From assembly GCA_044226625.1 (NCBI GenBank), contig JBGAGQ010000013.1, forward strand, positions 32,001 to 96,000: a stretch of DNA of 64,000 bases. The letters are read 5' to 3'. Both the position numbers and the translations under genes were made by a program. Of the stretch, positions 18,834-27,854 are shown piece after piece (within the stretch, counting starts at the first letter, position 1; each line of letters starts with the position of its first letter). Origin of the DNA: Thermoanaerobaculia bacterium (GTDB lineage Bacteria; Acidobacteriota; Thermoanaerobaculia; Multivoradales; UBA5704). The notes under the pieces are model-generated. The model worked only from the letters and a program-made list of their open reading frames with translations, did not search any database and was not told the origin of the DNA.

Positions 18834-20579
18834 TCAAACCGCGGCCAACTCTTCCTCCAGCTGCTGCCGCTCGGCAAGCTCGGCGTACAGGCCGCCTCGC
18901 GCGAGAAGCTCCTCGTGGGTGCCGCGTTCGGCGATGCGCCCATGATCGAGGACCACGATCAGATCGGCCCCTTGAACCGCAGAGACTCGATGCGAAACGA
19001 GCAGTACGGTGCGTCCTGGGAAGAACCGCCTCAGATTGCCAAGGATTCGTTCCTCCGTCTGGGTGTCGACCGCGGATAGGCAATCGTCGAGTAGGAGGAT
19101 GCGCGGCTGACGAAGGAGGGCGCGGGCGATCGCCACCCGCTGCTTCTGCCCCCCGGAGAGCGTGAGGCCGCGCTCGCCGACTCGGGTTTCGAGCCCTTCC
19201 GGAAAGCTCGCGAGGTCAGGGCCGAGGCCAGCGAGCTCAGCCGCCTTGAGGATCTCCTGAGGCGAGGCGTGCGGTCGGCCGAGAGCGACGTTCTCCGCGA
19301 GCGTCGCCGAGAACAGGAACGTCTCCTGGGGCACGATGCCGATCTCCGCGCGTAGTCGCTCGAGAGGCAGGTGCCGGAGATCGATGCCGTCGAGGAATAG
19401 GGTTCCCGAGGGCGGATCGATCGATCGCGGCAGGAGCGAAAGGAGGGTGCTCTTTCCCGAGCCGGTGCGGCCGACGATCGCGACGGTGGTGCCGGCGGGA
19501 ACGTCCAGCGAGACGTCCGCCAGCGCGGGAGCGAGCCCTTCCCGATACGAGAACGTAAGTTCCTCGAAGCGGATCGCGCCTTCGAGACGGGATGGATCCG
19601 CGAGCGGGGGCTGATTGCGGATCGCCGGCTCGGCCTCGAGCACGGCGCGCATCCGACCGAGCGAGGCGGTTCCGCGTTGGACCAGGTTGATCACCCAGCC
19701 GAGCGCGATCATCGGCCAGACCATCCGGGCGAGCAGCGTGTTGAACGTGACGAATTCGCCGACCGAGATACGTCCGGAGATCGCGAGCTTGCCGCCGAAA
19801 TAGAGGACCGCCACCATAGCGATTCCCGCGAGACCCTGCAGCGCGGGGAAGAACGCCGCCTGCCAGATGATCAACTGCCGGTTGCCCTCGACATAAGCGC
19901 GATTCACCGTGCCGAACGCCTCGGTTTCCCGTTCCTCCTGAGCGTAGGCGCGGACCACGCGCACGCCGGCGAGATTTTCCTGCGCCTTGGCCGAGAGCGC
20001 GGAGAATCGCTCCTGCACCCCCTCGAACAGCCGGTGGATGCGATCGCCGAACATCTGCGTGGCGATCGCGACCAAGGGCATGATCGCGAGGGACACGCCG
20101 GTCAGTCCGAGATGAATGCGTGCCATCAGTGCGACCGCTCCGACCGCGAGCAGCACGGTATTGGTGCTGTACATGATCGCCGGGCCGCAGAGCATGCGGA
20201 CGGCCTGCAGGTCGTTGGTCGCCCGCGCCATCAGATCGCCGGTCGGATGCGAGTGGAAGAACGACTGCGGCAGCAGCTCCAGGCGCTCGAAGTACCGGTT
20301 GCGCAGATCGAGCTCGACGTCGCGGCTCATCGCCACCAGCAGCATGCGCTGCAGGTAATTGAACGCGCCCGCGACGGCAGTCACTCCGATCATCGCGACG
20401 GCGAACACGGCCAGGGTTCCCATTCCGGCTCCGGCACGCACCGCATCGATCCCACGTCCGATCAGGAGGGGGTTGAGCAAGCCGACCGCGACCGAGGCGA
20501 GGATCGTCGCGAGCCCTTGCCAGAGCCGGGTCCGATAGGGGCGTAAAAAGGGCCAGAGGGCTTTGAGGTTCTTGCGCAA
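18834..20579 (-). CDS. ABC exporter, fused permease/ATPase (MdlA-like)
   Basis: Multi-TM N-domain, TGDLMARATND, GRTGSGKS, LSGGQKQR, LLLDD. Confidence 0.95.
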   Translation of the reverse strand: MRKNLKALWPFLRPYRTRLWQGLATILASVAVGLLNPLLIGRGIDAVRAGAGMGTLAVFAVAMIGVTAVAGAFNYLQRMLLVAMSRDVELDLRNRYFERLELLPQSFFHSHPTGDLMARATNDLQAVRMLCGPAIMYSTNTVLLAVGAVALMARIHLGLTGVSLAIMPLVAIATQMFGDRIHRLFEGVQERFSALSAKAQENLAGVRVVRAYAQEERETEAFGTVNRAYVEGNRQLIIWQAAFFPALQGLAGIAMVAVLYFGGKLAISGRISVGEFVTFNTLLARMVWPMIALGWVINLVQRGTASLGRMRAVLEAEPAIRNQPPLADPSRLEGAIRFEELTFSYREGLAPALADVSLDVPAGTTVAIVGRTGSGKSTLLSLLPRSIDPPSGTLFLDGIDLRHLPLERLRAEIGIVPQETFLFSATLAENVALGRPHASPQEILKAAELAGLGPDLASFPEGLETRVGERGLTLSGGQKQRVAIARALLRQPRILLLDDCLSAVDTQTEERILGNLRRFFPGRTVLLVSHRVSAVQGADLIVVLDHGRIAERGTHEELLARGGLYAELAERQQLEEELAAV

Positions 20580-20635
20580 GGGGGACGGCTCCCGGCCCCG
20601 GAGGATATCCCACGCCTGCTATAAACTCGGTGGCA

Positions 20636-22117
20636 ATGGAAGGCATGGGAGCGACGGGTTACGAAGCGGTCATCGGCCTCGAGGTGCACGTCCAGCTCCT
20701 CACCGCGACCAAGATGTTCTGCCGTTGCCCGAACCGCCCCGGAGCCGAGCCGAATACCCACGTCTGCCCCGTCTGCCTCGGCTATCCGGGGACGTTGCCC
20801 GTCCCCAACCGTCGCGCGGTCGATCTCGCGGTCCAGCTCGCGACCGCACTGTCGGCGACCGTTCATCCGCGGTCGGTCTTCGCTCGGAAGAACTATTTCT
20901 ACCCCGACCTGCCGAAGGGTTATCAGATCAGCCAATACGACCGGCCGCTCGCCGAAAGCGGCAGGCTGCCTCTGTCCGCGCACGACAAGGTGATCGGCAT
21001 CGAGCGCCTCCACCTCGAAGAGGACGCTGGCAAGCTGCTCCACGAAGCGCCAGGCGGAGGGCCGCTGTTCGGCCAGTCGCTGGTCGATTTCAACCGCTGC
21101 GGCACCCCGCTGGTCGAGATCGTCTCCCGGCCGGAGATCTCCTCGCCGGCCGAAGCGCAGGACTACCTCCAGACGCTTCACCAGGTGCTGATCTACACCG
21201 GAACGAGCGACGGCAACATGGAGGCGGGGAACCTTCGTTGCGACGCCAACGTCTCGGTGCGACGGGCAGGCGATCCGGTCCTGGGAACCCGGGCGGAGGT
21301 GAAGAACCTCAATTCGTTTCGCAACCTCGCTCGGGCGATCGAGTTCGAGATCTCGCGGCAGATCGTGGTGATCGAGAGGGGCGGGCGGGTGGTCCAGGAA
21401 ACCCGCAGCTTCGATGCCGATCGAGGCGTGACCCGCACCCTTCGAAGCAAAGAAGAGGCGCACGACTATCGCTATTTCCCTGAGCCCGACCTGCCTCCCC
21501 TGGTCATCGACGAGGATCGTCGGAAGGTGCTGATCGCGACGCTCCCCGAGCTTCCCTGGGCCCGCCGCGCGCGTCTTTCGGAACAGTACGCCTTGCCCGT
21601 CGCCGACGCCGAGCTACTCTCCGGCTCGCGCGAGCTTGCCGATTACTACGAGGCGGCCGTTGCGGCACTTCCCGAGGAGATTCGCGACCAGGGAGCGAAA
21701 CCGGTCGCCAATTGGGTGATGGGGGAGGTCCTGCGCGAGCTCAAGGAACGCAAAGAGGGGCCCGAGCGCGCCATCGAGCCGGAACGGCTCGCGGGCCTGG
21801 TCGCCGCGATCGAAGCCGGGAAGGTCTCTTCCACCGCGGCCAAGGAAGTGTTCGCGGCGATCTGGGAGAGCGGCGAGGAGCCTCTCGCGGCGATCGACCG
21901 GCTCGGGCTCGGCCAGGTTTCGGATTCCGGCCAGATCGAGCTCTGGGTGCGTGAGGTGCTTGCCGAGTTCCCGGCCCAGGTGGCCCAGTTGCGCGGAGGC
22001 AAGCAGCAAGTCCTCGGCTTTCTCGTCGGCCAGGTGATGAAGCGGTCGGCCGGGCGCGCCCAGCCGCCGGCCGTCCAGCAGGCGATGCGCAGGGAGCTGG
22101 GCCTTCCCGAGGGCTGA
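20636..22117 (+). CDS. gatB: Asp/Glu-tRNA amidotransferase subunit B
   Basis: YEAVIGLEVHVQL, FARKNYFYPDLPKGYQISQ, HLEEDAGK, DYRYFPEPDL, GFLVGQVMK. Confidence 0.98.
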   Translation: MEGMGATGYEAVIGLEVHVQLLTATKMFCRCPNRPGAEPNTHVCPVCLGYPGTLPVPNRRAVDLAVQLATALSATVHPRSVFARKNYFYPDLPKGYQISQYDRPLAESGRLPLSAHDKVIGIERLHLEEDAGKLLHEAPGGGPLFGQSLVDFNRCGTPLVEIVSRPEISSPAEAQDYLQTLHQVLIYTGTSDGNMEAGNLRCDANVSVRRAGDPVLGTRAEVKNLNSFRNLARAIEFEISRQIVVIERGGRVVQETRSFDADRGVTRTLRSKEEAHDYRYFPEPDLPPLVIDEDRRKVLIATLPELPWARRARLSEQYALPVADAELLSGSRELADYYEAAVAALPEEIRDQGAKPVANWVMGEVLRELKERKEGPERAIEPERLAGLVAAIEAGKVSSTAAKEVFAAIWESGEEPLAAIDRLGLGQVSDSGQIELWVREVLAEFPAQVAQLRGGKQQVLGFLVGQVMKRSAGRAQPPAVQQAMRRELGLPEG

Positions 22118-22121
22118 GTCT

Positions 22122-23012
22122 CTGATCCAGCTATTCCACGTCGCGAAGAACTATCCGGGAGGACAGGCCGCTCTATCGGACCTGACCTTCGAGATTGCGC
22201 GCGGCCAATTCGTTTTCTTGACCGGCGCGAGCGGCGCGGGGAAGACCACGCTTCTTCGTCTCATTTTTCGCGAAGAGGTCCCCACCTCCGGCCAGATCCT
22301 CGTCAACGGGCGCAACGTCGCGTCGATTCCGCAGCGGAAGATCCCCTACCTCCGGCGCACGATGGGGGTGGTGTTTCAGGACTTCCGACTCATCGCGCGG
22401 AAGACGGTGTTCGAAAACGTCAGCTACTTGCCTCGCCTGCTGGGGGTCGATCTGCGCGGGAGGAAGAAGCTCGCCTATAACGCCTTGCGGCGCGTGGGCC
22501 TCGCGCACCGCATGAACGCCTTTCCTCCTGAGCTCTCGGGTGGCGAACAACAGCGGGTGGCGATCGCGCGAGCGCTGATCAACGAGCCCGACATCCTGAT
22601 CGCGGACGAGCCGACCGGCAATCTCGATCCCGATCTCGCGCGGGAAATCCTGCGCCTGTTCCTGAAGGTCAACCAGAGAGGCACGACCGTGCTGCTCGCC
22701 ACCCACGACCGCGACATGATCCATCGGGTGGGAGGCCGGGTCCTCACGCTCGACCGAGGGCGCCTGATCGCGGACCGTGAGGTCGTGGGAATCGAGAAGC
22801 CGGAAATTCGACTCGAGGACGACGAGAAAGAACTGGAGAATGAAGGGGAGGACGCGCCGCCGCGGGCTCCCGAACCCGGATTGGATCGCGCCGCGGCGGC
22901 AGAAATGGGCGGCGCGATCGGAAACCCGGTGGAAGAGCCCGGTGGAAACCTGACGGACTCGCCGGACGAGCTCGCCGCCAGGGTGTCCGACCGACCCGAG
23001 GAGGACGCGTGA
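22122..23012 (+). CDS. ftsE: Cell division ATP-binding protein FtsE with acidic C-terminal tail, probable CTG start
   Basis: (L)[10 protein letters not shown]...[41 protein letters not shown]; followed by ftsX. Confidence 0.9.
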   Translation: MIQLFHVAKNYPGGQAALSDLTFEIARGQFVFLTGASGAGKTTLLRLIFREEVPTSGQILVNGRNVASIPQRKIPYLRRTMGVVFQDFRLIARKTVFENVSYLPRLLGVDLRGRKKLAYNALRRVGLAHRMNAFPPELSGGEQQRVAIARALINEPDILIADEPTGNLDPDLAREILRLFLKVNQRGTTVLLATHDRDMIHRVGGRVLTLDRGRLIADREVVGIEKPEIRLEDDEKELENEGEDAPPRAPEPGLDRAAAAEMGGAIGNPVEEPGGNLTDSPDELAARVSDRPEEDA

Positions 23013-23908
23013 GCTTTCTCCAGGCGCTCCGAACGTTTTTCCGCGATGCCACGGTCAATCTGGTCCGAGGCTGGAAGGTGAGCCTCGTGGCGGTGCTCAC
23101 GATCGCCGTGAGCCTGTTTCTGTCCGGCGTTTTCCTTCTGGCCAGCCGTAACCTCGCACGGAGCGTCGAGCGCTGGCAGCGAGAGGCTCGAGTGGTCGTC
23201 TATCTCTCGCCACAGGCCGGGGCACCCGAGCTCGCGTCCTGGGTCCGGCGCGCCGCCGCCGAGCCGTGGGCGAAAGCGGTCCATCCGATCGATCGGCAGA
23301 AGGCCCAGGAACGATTTCGGTCGATGTTCCCTAGCCTTGCCGATCTGGTTTCCGGGGGCTCGGAGGAGCCGCTGCCCGTTTCGATCGAAATCGAGGTCGA
23401 GGCGGCGGCACGCGGCTCACGGGAGAAGACCGCGGCGCTCGCCGCTTGGCGTGGCGCTCCCGGCGTAACGTTCGTCGACGACGACCGCGAGTGGCTGGCC
23501 CAAGTGGCGGGTCTGGTCGCCGTGATCCGCGGTGTGGGTTTGGTTCTCGGCCTCGTCCTCCTCGGCGCCGCGGTCTTCACGATCGGAAGCGTCATCCGCC
23601 TCGCGGCGTTCCTTCATGCTGAAGAGATCTCGATTCTCCGTCTCGTCGGCGCGACCGAGTTCTACATTCGCGGACCTTTCTATGCCGAGGGTCTGCTCCA
23701 GGGGACGTTGGGCGGCCTCCTCGCTGCCGGCGGGCTCTTCGGTTCTTGGCTCTTGATCCGACAGAAAGCGCAGGGAGCTTTGGTTCCGTCTCTCCTCGCC
23801 GCCGACTTCCTGGCCCCCGACCAACTCGTCGCTCTCGTGCTGCTCGGCTCCGCCGCGGGTTTGATCGGCGCGGTCACTTCGCTTCGGGGCGAGACGTTGC
23901 GTACCTGA
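23009..23908 (+). CDS. ftsX: Cell division permease FtsX
   Basis: GTGA overlap with ftsE; [24 protein letters not shown]; four-TM layout. Confidence 0.92.
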   Translation: MSFLQALRTFFRDATVNLVRGWKVSLVAVLTIAVSLFLSGVFLLASRNLARSVERWQREARVVVYLSPQAGAPELASWVRRAAAEPWAKAVHPIDRQKAQERFRSMFPSLADLVSGGSEEPLPVSIEIEVEAAARGSREKTAALAAWRGAPGVTFVDDDREWLAQVAGLVAVIRGVGLVLGLVLLGAAVFTIGSVIRLAAFLHAEEISILRLVGATEFYIRGPFYAEGLLQGTLGGLLAAGGLFGSWLLIRQKAQGALVPSLLAADFLAPDQLVALVLLGSAAGLIGAVTSLRGETLRT

Positions 23909-23909
23909 G

Positions 23910-23943
23910 AAACAAAAGGGCTCCGCTCAGCGAGCGGAGCCCT
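23910..23943 (-). terminator. Intrinsic terminator of the OmpA gene, possibly bidirectional
   Basis: AGGGCTCCGCTC-AGC-GAGCGGAGCCCT hairpin with T-rich tail on the minus strand. Confidence 0.8.
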
Positions 23944-23964
23944 CGTCTTCGACCGGGCGACCGG

Positions 23965-25275
23965 TCAGCCGACCGAGAGGACGACCACCGCGCGGCGATC
24001 CGACGCCGCGTCGCCGGTCGACTCGGACGAACCCCGTCCCTCCGTCTGGATACGGCTGGGATCGATCCCGTGGCGGGTCACCAGGTAGCTCTTGACCGCC
24101 TGGGCTCGCTGCTCGCTCAAGCGCTGGTTGGCGTCGCTCGAGCCGGACGGGTCGGAGTAGCCGATCACCAGAGCGCGAAGCTCCGGGTCCTGCTTCATGC
24201 GGAGCGCTACCTCATCGAGCTTCGCCTTGGCGATGTTCGAAATGCGAGCGCTACCGGGAGTGAAGTTCACCGTCACTCGCTGTTCCGGTTTCGGCGCGGG
24301 CGCCGGGGGAGGCGGCGGGGGTTGCGGAGCCGGCGGAGTGGGGGCCGGCGGCGGCGGGGCCGGTTCGGGCTCGGGCTCGGGGGCCGGCGGCGGCGGAGGC
24401 GGCGGAGGAGGGGTCGGACGGACGCGGAAGGCGGCCGGCATGTAGGTCAGGCCGACGAGGCCGCCCAGGGGGCAGTGTTCGTCGATCGAGTCCAGCTGGC
24501 CGAGGTCGGTGCGCAAGGCGAAGTTGAACGCCCAGTTCTGCTCTTCGCCGAGCCACAGGCGTCCACCGGAGGTCAGATCGTACGCATCTTCCGGCAGTAG
24601 ACCGTCGCCCGAGTAGCTGTGACCGACGACCTCGGTGATCCAGTCGAGCCGATCCGAAACCCGGCCCGCATAACCGATGCCTCCCGTGAACTCCCGATCG
24701 AGAATGGCGGGCCCGCTGTTGCGCGAGTCGTAGTAGCCCAGATTGAAGACCCAGTTCCGAACGCGCCAGTCGGCACCGACGCCCGCGCCGACCCGGTCGC
24801 TCGCGACCTTGTCATCGCCGGTCGGCGCTTCGATGAATGCGCTCAGCGCGAACGAGGAATCCTCACCCGGCTCGCCGTAGAGGCGGTACTTGCCTCCCAG
24901 CCGTAGATTGCCGATGCCTGAGTCGTCGAGCCGAAGGCCCGGGAGGTCCCCTTCGTCGAAATCGAAGTCGTCGTAAGGAAGGGACAGCGCGATTTCGAAC
25001 CGGTCGGTCACGCCGTAGCCGAGGCTCGCCGAAAGCCGATTCCAATCGAAGCTCAGCTCGTCGTTCCTACGTGTGGGAAAGTCCTTGATGTCGATCAACC
25101 GATCCCAGTTGTTGTAGTACGTTCCGAAGGACCATTCGCCTCGAGGCAAAGTGTCTCCGGTAAACAAAGTGAAGAGGCCTGTTTCACCCGTCGCGGTCGG
25201 GGCGTTCGCCTCGATGCCTGCGAACGCCGCGCCGGGAACCAGGCAGAGCGAGAGCCACAGAGCGGCTCGTTTCAT
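23965..25275 (-). CDS. OmpA-family outer membrane protein (beta-barrel, Pro-rich linker, peptidoglycan-binding domain)
   Basis: Signal peptide; poly-Pro linker; GYSDPSGSSDANQRLSEQRAQAVKSYL; AAGGAG RBS. Confidence 0.92.
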   Translation of the reverse strand: MKRAALWLSLCLVPGAAFAGIEANAPTATGETGLFTLFTGDTLPRGEWSFGTYYNNWDRLIDIKDFPTRRNDELSFDWNRLSASLGYGVTDRFEIALSLPYDDFDFDEGDLPGLRLDDSGIGNLRLGGKYRLYGEPGEDSSFALSAFIEAPTGDDKVASDRVGAGVGADWRVRNWVFNLGYYDSRNSGPAILDREFTGGIGYAGRVSDRLDWITEVVGHSYSGDGLLPEDAYDLTSGGRLWLGEEQNWAFNFALRTDLGQLDSIDEHCPLGGLVGLTYMPAAFRVRPTPPPPPPPPPAPEPEPEPAPPPPAPTPPAPQPPPPPPAPAPKPEQRVTVNFTPGSARISNIAKAKLDEVALRMKQDPELRALVIGYSDPSGSSDANQRLSEQRAQAVKSYLVTRHGIDPSRIQTEGRGSSESTGDAASDRRAVVVLSVG

Positions 25276-25317
25276 GGGGTTATCTCCTTGGGGTCGTCTT
25301 CGTGGGTTGACTCATCG

Positions 25318-25347
25318 ATGTTAAAGAATGTCCGCGCATGTTGGCAA
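25318..25347 (-). promoter_or_regulatory. Putative sigma-70 promoter of the OmpA gene
   Basis: TTGCCA-N18-TAACAT on the minus strand. Confidence 0.45.
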
Positions 25348-25357
25348 CGCGTACTCT

Positions 25358-25780
25358 TCAGGAGAGCTGCCTTTCATAGCGTCCCGGCCCCACCCGATGG
25401 GTTTGGATGAGGTGAGGATCGATCTCCTCGCCGAGGCCGAGCACGCGCGCTGCGATCCAGGCAATCGTGAGAGTCGGGATCGGACCGGTGAACGGCAGGA
25501 AGGCCTCGAAGGTCGCGACGTTCCGCAGGCCAGGCAAGCGGAGTCGATCGAGGATGATCCACTCGATCGGCGCGGCGAACGAGTCGAGGCCGAGGTCGAG
25601 CAAGTCGAGCCCGACCACCAAGGCCAACGGCACGGCCCGAATCGTGGTGAAAAAATCCGCGTCTTCCGGTACGCGAATCTTCTTGAGCCGGCGGTAGGCC
25701 AAACCGAGGACGAGCACCCCGAGGAGCAACGAGGCGAACATGATCCCACCGACGACGAAGGCGAAGCTTTTGAGCGACAC
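25358..25780 (-). CDS. Small hypothetical membrane protein
   Basis: GGAGG RBS before GTG; N-terminal TM helix; protein-like composition. Confidence 0.7.
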   Translation of the reverse strand: MSLKSFAFVVGGIMFASLLLGVLVLGLAYRRLKKIRVPEDADFFTTIRAVPLALVVGLDLLDLGLDSFAAPIEWIILDRLRLPGLRNVATFEAFLPFTGPIPTLTIAWIAARVLGLGEEIDPHLIQTHRVGPGRYERQLS

Positions 25781-25924
25781 CGTCTGAACCTCCTCCGTAT
25801 GAAGCTTTGGAAAGCCGGAAAAATCCGGGCGAGAGAGGATTCAAGCATAAATCGCGCCCGCAGCTGTTCCGGCGGGGAGGTGCGGCTGGGAAGGACCTCC
25901 AGAGCGGCGGTGGGATGGCGGGCG

Positions 25925-27598
25925 ATGGCCCTGTCGCTGGGGTTGGGTCTTGCGGCGTGCGGAACCGTCGGAGTGCGCTCCGCGGCCGCTCCTCACCCCT
26001 CGGAGGTGACCGGGCAACGGGCCGATCGATCGGGCCTCTATCTGCTCTACGCCTACCAGGGATTTCTTCGCGACGAGAGCGATGGCTCGGAGCCGCTCGA
26101 TAGCTCCCGTTGGGCCAAAGGCGCGCTCGCGGCCGCGGCGCTGGCGAAAGACGGCTTTCCGGGCACCGCCTCCGATGCCGCGAGGTGGACGGCGGCCGCG
26201 CTCGAAGATTGCGGTTCCCAGACCTTCCGCTGCCAGAACACGCAGCTCACGCTGGGGCGCCTCCTGCTCCAATTCCCGGATGTTCTTCCGCCGGATCTGC
26301 GCTCGCGGGTCCGCCTCGCGGTCTCCCGTGGCGCGCCTCCTCCCGGCCCGGACCAGGTGTCCAATCCCTGGCGATTCACCGAAACCGAAAACCAGCGCGT
26401 GGTCGAAGCGGCGCGGAGCGTGGTGGCTGAGAGCGTCGGGGGGAGAGCCGATTCGGCAGCTATGGCAGGGTGGACCGACTATCTGCGCGCATTTTTTGCC
26501 GTTCACGAGCAGCAGGGGTGGTACGAGGCCGAGAGCCCGGGCTATCTGGCGATCTCGATGACCGCCCTGCTGCAAATCGCTGATTTTGCGCCCGACGAAG
26601 AGTTGCGTGCGGCGGCCCGCCGGGAGCTCGATCGGCTGTTCCTCGCCTGGGCGCGCGAGCAGGCGGGTGGGTTTCCCGCCGGGGCGAAGAGCCGGACCTA
26701 CGTCCACTGGGCGCTCGGTGCGACCAATACCCCCTGGCAGGCATGGGCCTGGCTGCTCGCCGGAATCGGAGAACCGGAGCGCATTCGCTTCGTCGACGCG
26801 CCGCAGCTCGCGGTGAGCCGCTACCGGCCGCCCTCCCGAGCGGTTCGGGCGCTCGCGACCCGTCGCTTCCTGCCGCCTTACGAGATCCGCGCCCGGCGCA
26901 GTCTGCAGACCGGCCGGCGTCGGCCGCTCGACCTCGCCCGAACCTCTTGGGCGACGCCCGACTATGTGCTCGGCGCCGCGCAATCGATCGCCGGGCTCTC
27001 GATTGGAATCTCCGGCGGACAGGAGATCGTGGCGGCTCTCTTCCCCGAGGGAGGGGGATTCGCCCCTCTTTACCTGTGGAGCCGGAACCGCAACCCCCAC
27101 GAGGACCGATGGAAGAGCTGGGTCGGCCAGGATTTCGCGGTCGCCTCGAGAAACCGGGTCGTCGCGCGGTTGGGTCGCACCGACTCCGTTCCGGCTGACC
27201 TCGGACACGCCTATCTCGCCCCCGGATGGAGCCGCCCGATTCCCGTCTCGGATTCGGTCGTCGTCGCCCGCCGGGGTCCCGTCTACGCGGCCCTGGTGAC
27301 CTCCGGAGGCTGGCGCGTGGCACGAGCGGCGGAGCGGTTTCCCGAGTATTTCGGAGGCGATCCTGCGTACTCGCTGGCCTGGGTGGCGGTGCCCGAACGG
27401 CAGCCGGCCGCGATCGCGTTGATCGTGGGAAGGAGGGCCGAGGACGGCGACTTCTCGACGTTCGCCGCGGCGGTCGCCGCGCGCGCGAGCCTGCGGGTGG
27501 TGGGTCGAGAGATCGAGCTGATCGAGGTTGGAGCCGAACGCCTATCCTTTTCGCCCGGAGAATACGCTTATCTCGGTGGACGGTTCCTCTCGCCCTAG
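25925..27598 (+). CDS. Putative lipoprotein with possible heparinase II/III-like fold
   Basis: Lipobox LAAC; helical N-half (GWYEAESPGY...ALLQIADFAPDEELR) and beta-rich C-half; start could be GTG 25880. Confidence 0.6.
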   Translation: MALSLGLGLAACGTVGVRSAAAPHPSEVTGQRADRSGLYLLYAYQGFLRDESDGSEPLDSSRWAKGALAAAALAKDGFPGTASDAARWTAAALEDCGSQTFRCQNTQLTLGRLLLQFPDVLPPDLRSRVRLAVSRGAPPPGPDQVSNPWRFTETENQRVVEAARSVVAESVGGRADSAAMAGWTDYLRAFFAVHEQQGWYEAESPGYLAISMTALLQIADFAPDEELRAAARRELDRLFLAWAREQAGGFPAGAKSRTYVHWALGATNTPWQAWAWLLAGIGEPERIRFVDAPQLAVSRYRPPSRAVRALATRRFLPPYEIRARRSLQTGRRRPLDLARTSWATPDYVLGAAQSIAGLSIGISGGQEIVAALFPEGGGFAPLYLWSRNRNPHEDRWKSWVGQDFAVASRNRVVARLGRTDSVPADLGHAYLAPGWSRPIPVSDSVVVARRGPVYAALVTSGGWRVARAAERFPEYFGGDPAYSLAWVAVPERQPAAIALIVGRRAEDGDFSTFAAAVAARASLRVVGREIELIEVGAERLSFSPGEYAYLGGRFLSP

Positions 27599-27778
27599 CC
27601 CGAACTTCTCACCGGGTTTCTGCTGCGGCGGAAAATCTGCCGTCGCCTGCTGCGTTGCGCTAGTTCGGACTCCTCGACGGAGTGTCAACTACGCCTACGT
27701 CGTCCCCCCTTCGCGCGCCTTGCATTCACCGGCATCTCTTCCGCCTCGCCACGAAACCCGGTGAGAATTTCGGGCTAG
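27595..27778. mobile_element. 184-bp MITE-like element, copy 1
   Basis: CTAG at both ends; 26-bp terminal inverted repeats matching 25/26; second copy at 42437-42620. Confidence 0.85.
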
Positions 27779-27800
27779 GGACCTCGACGAAAGGCGAGCG

Positions 27801-27831
27801 AAAAAAAACGGGGCCGCCGAAGCGGCCCCGT
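27801..27831 (-). terminator. Intrinsic terminator of the TonB-dependent receptor gene
   Basis: Minus strand CGGGGCCGC-TTCG-GCGGCCCCG-T8. Confidence 0.92.
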
Positions 27832-27854
27832 CGTTCTTCCGGTCGAGAGAGGGC

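Noticed and set aside
24280-24420. GGC/GGG-rich low-complexity stretch
   Set aside because: Encodes the ordinary Pro-rich OmpA linker
25328-25924. N-terminal extension of the 756-aa ORF
   Set aside because: Antisense to the 25358-25780 membrane gene; the lipobox indicates a later start
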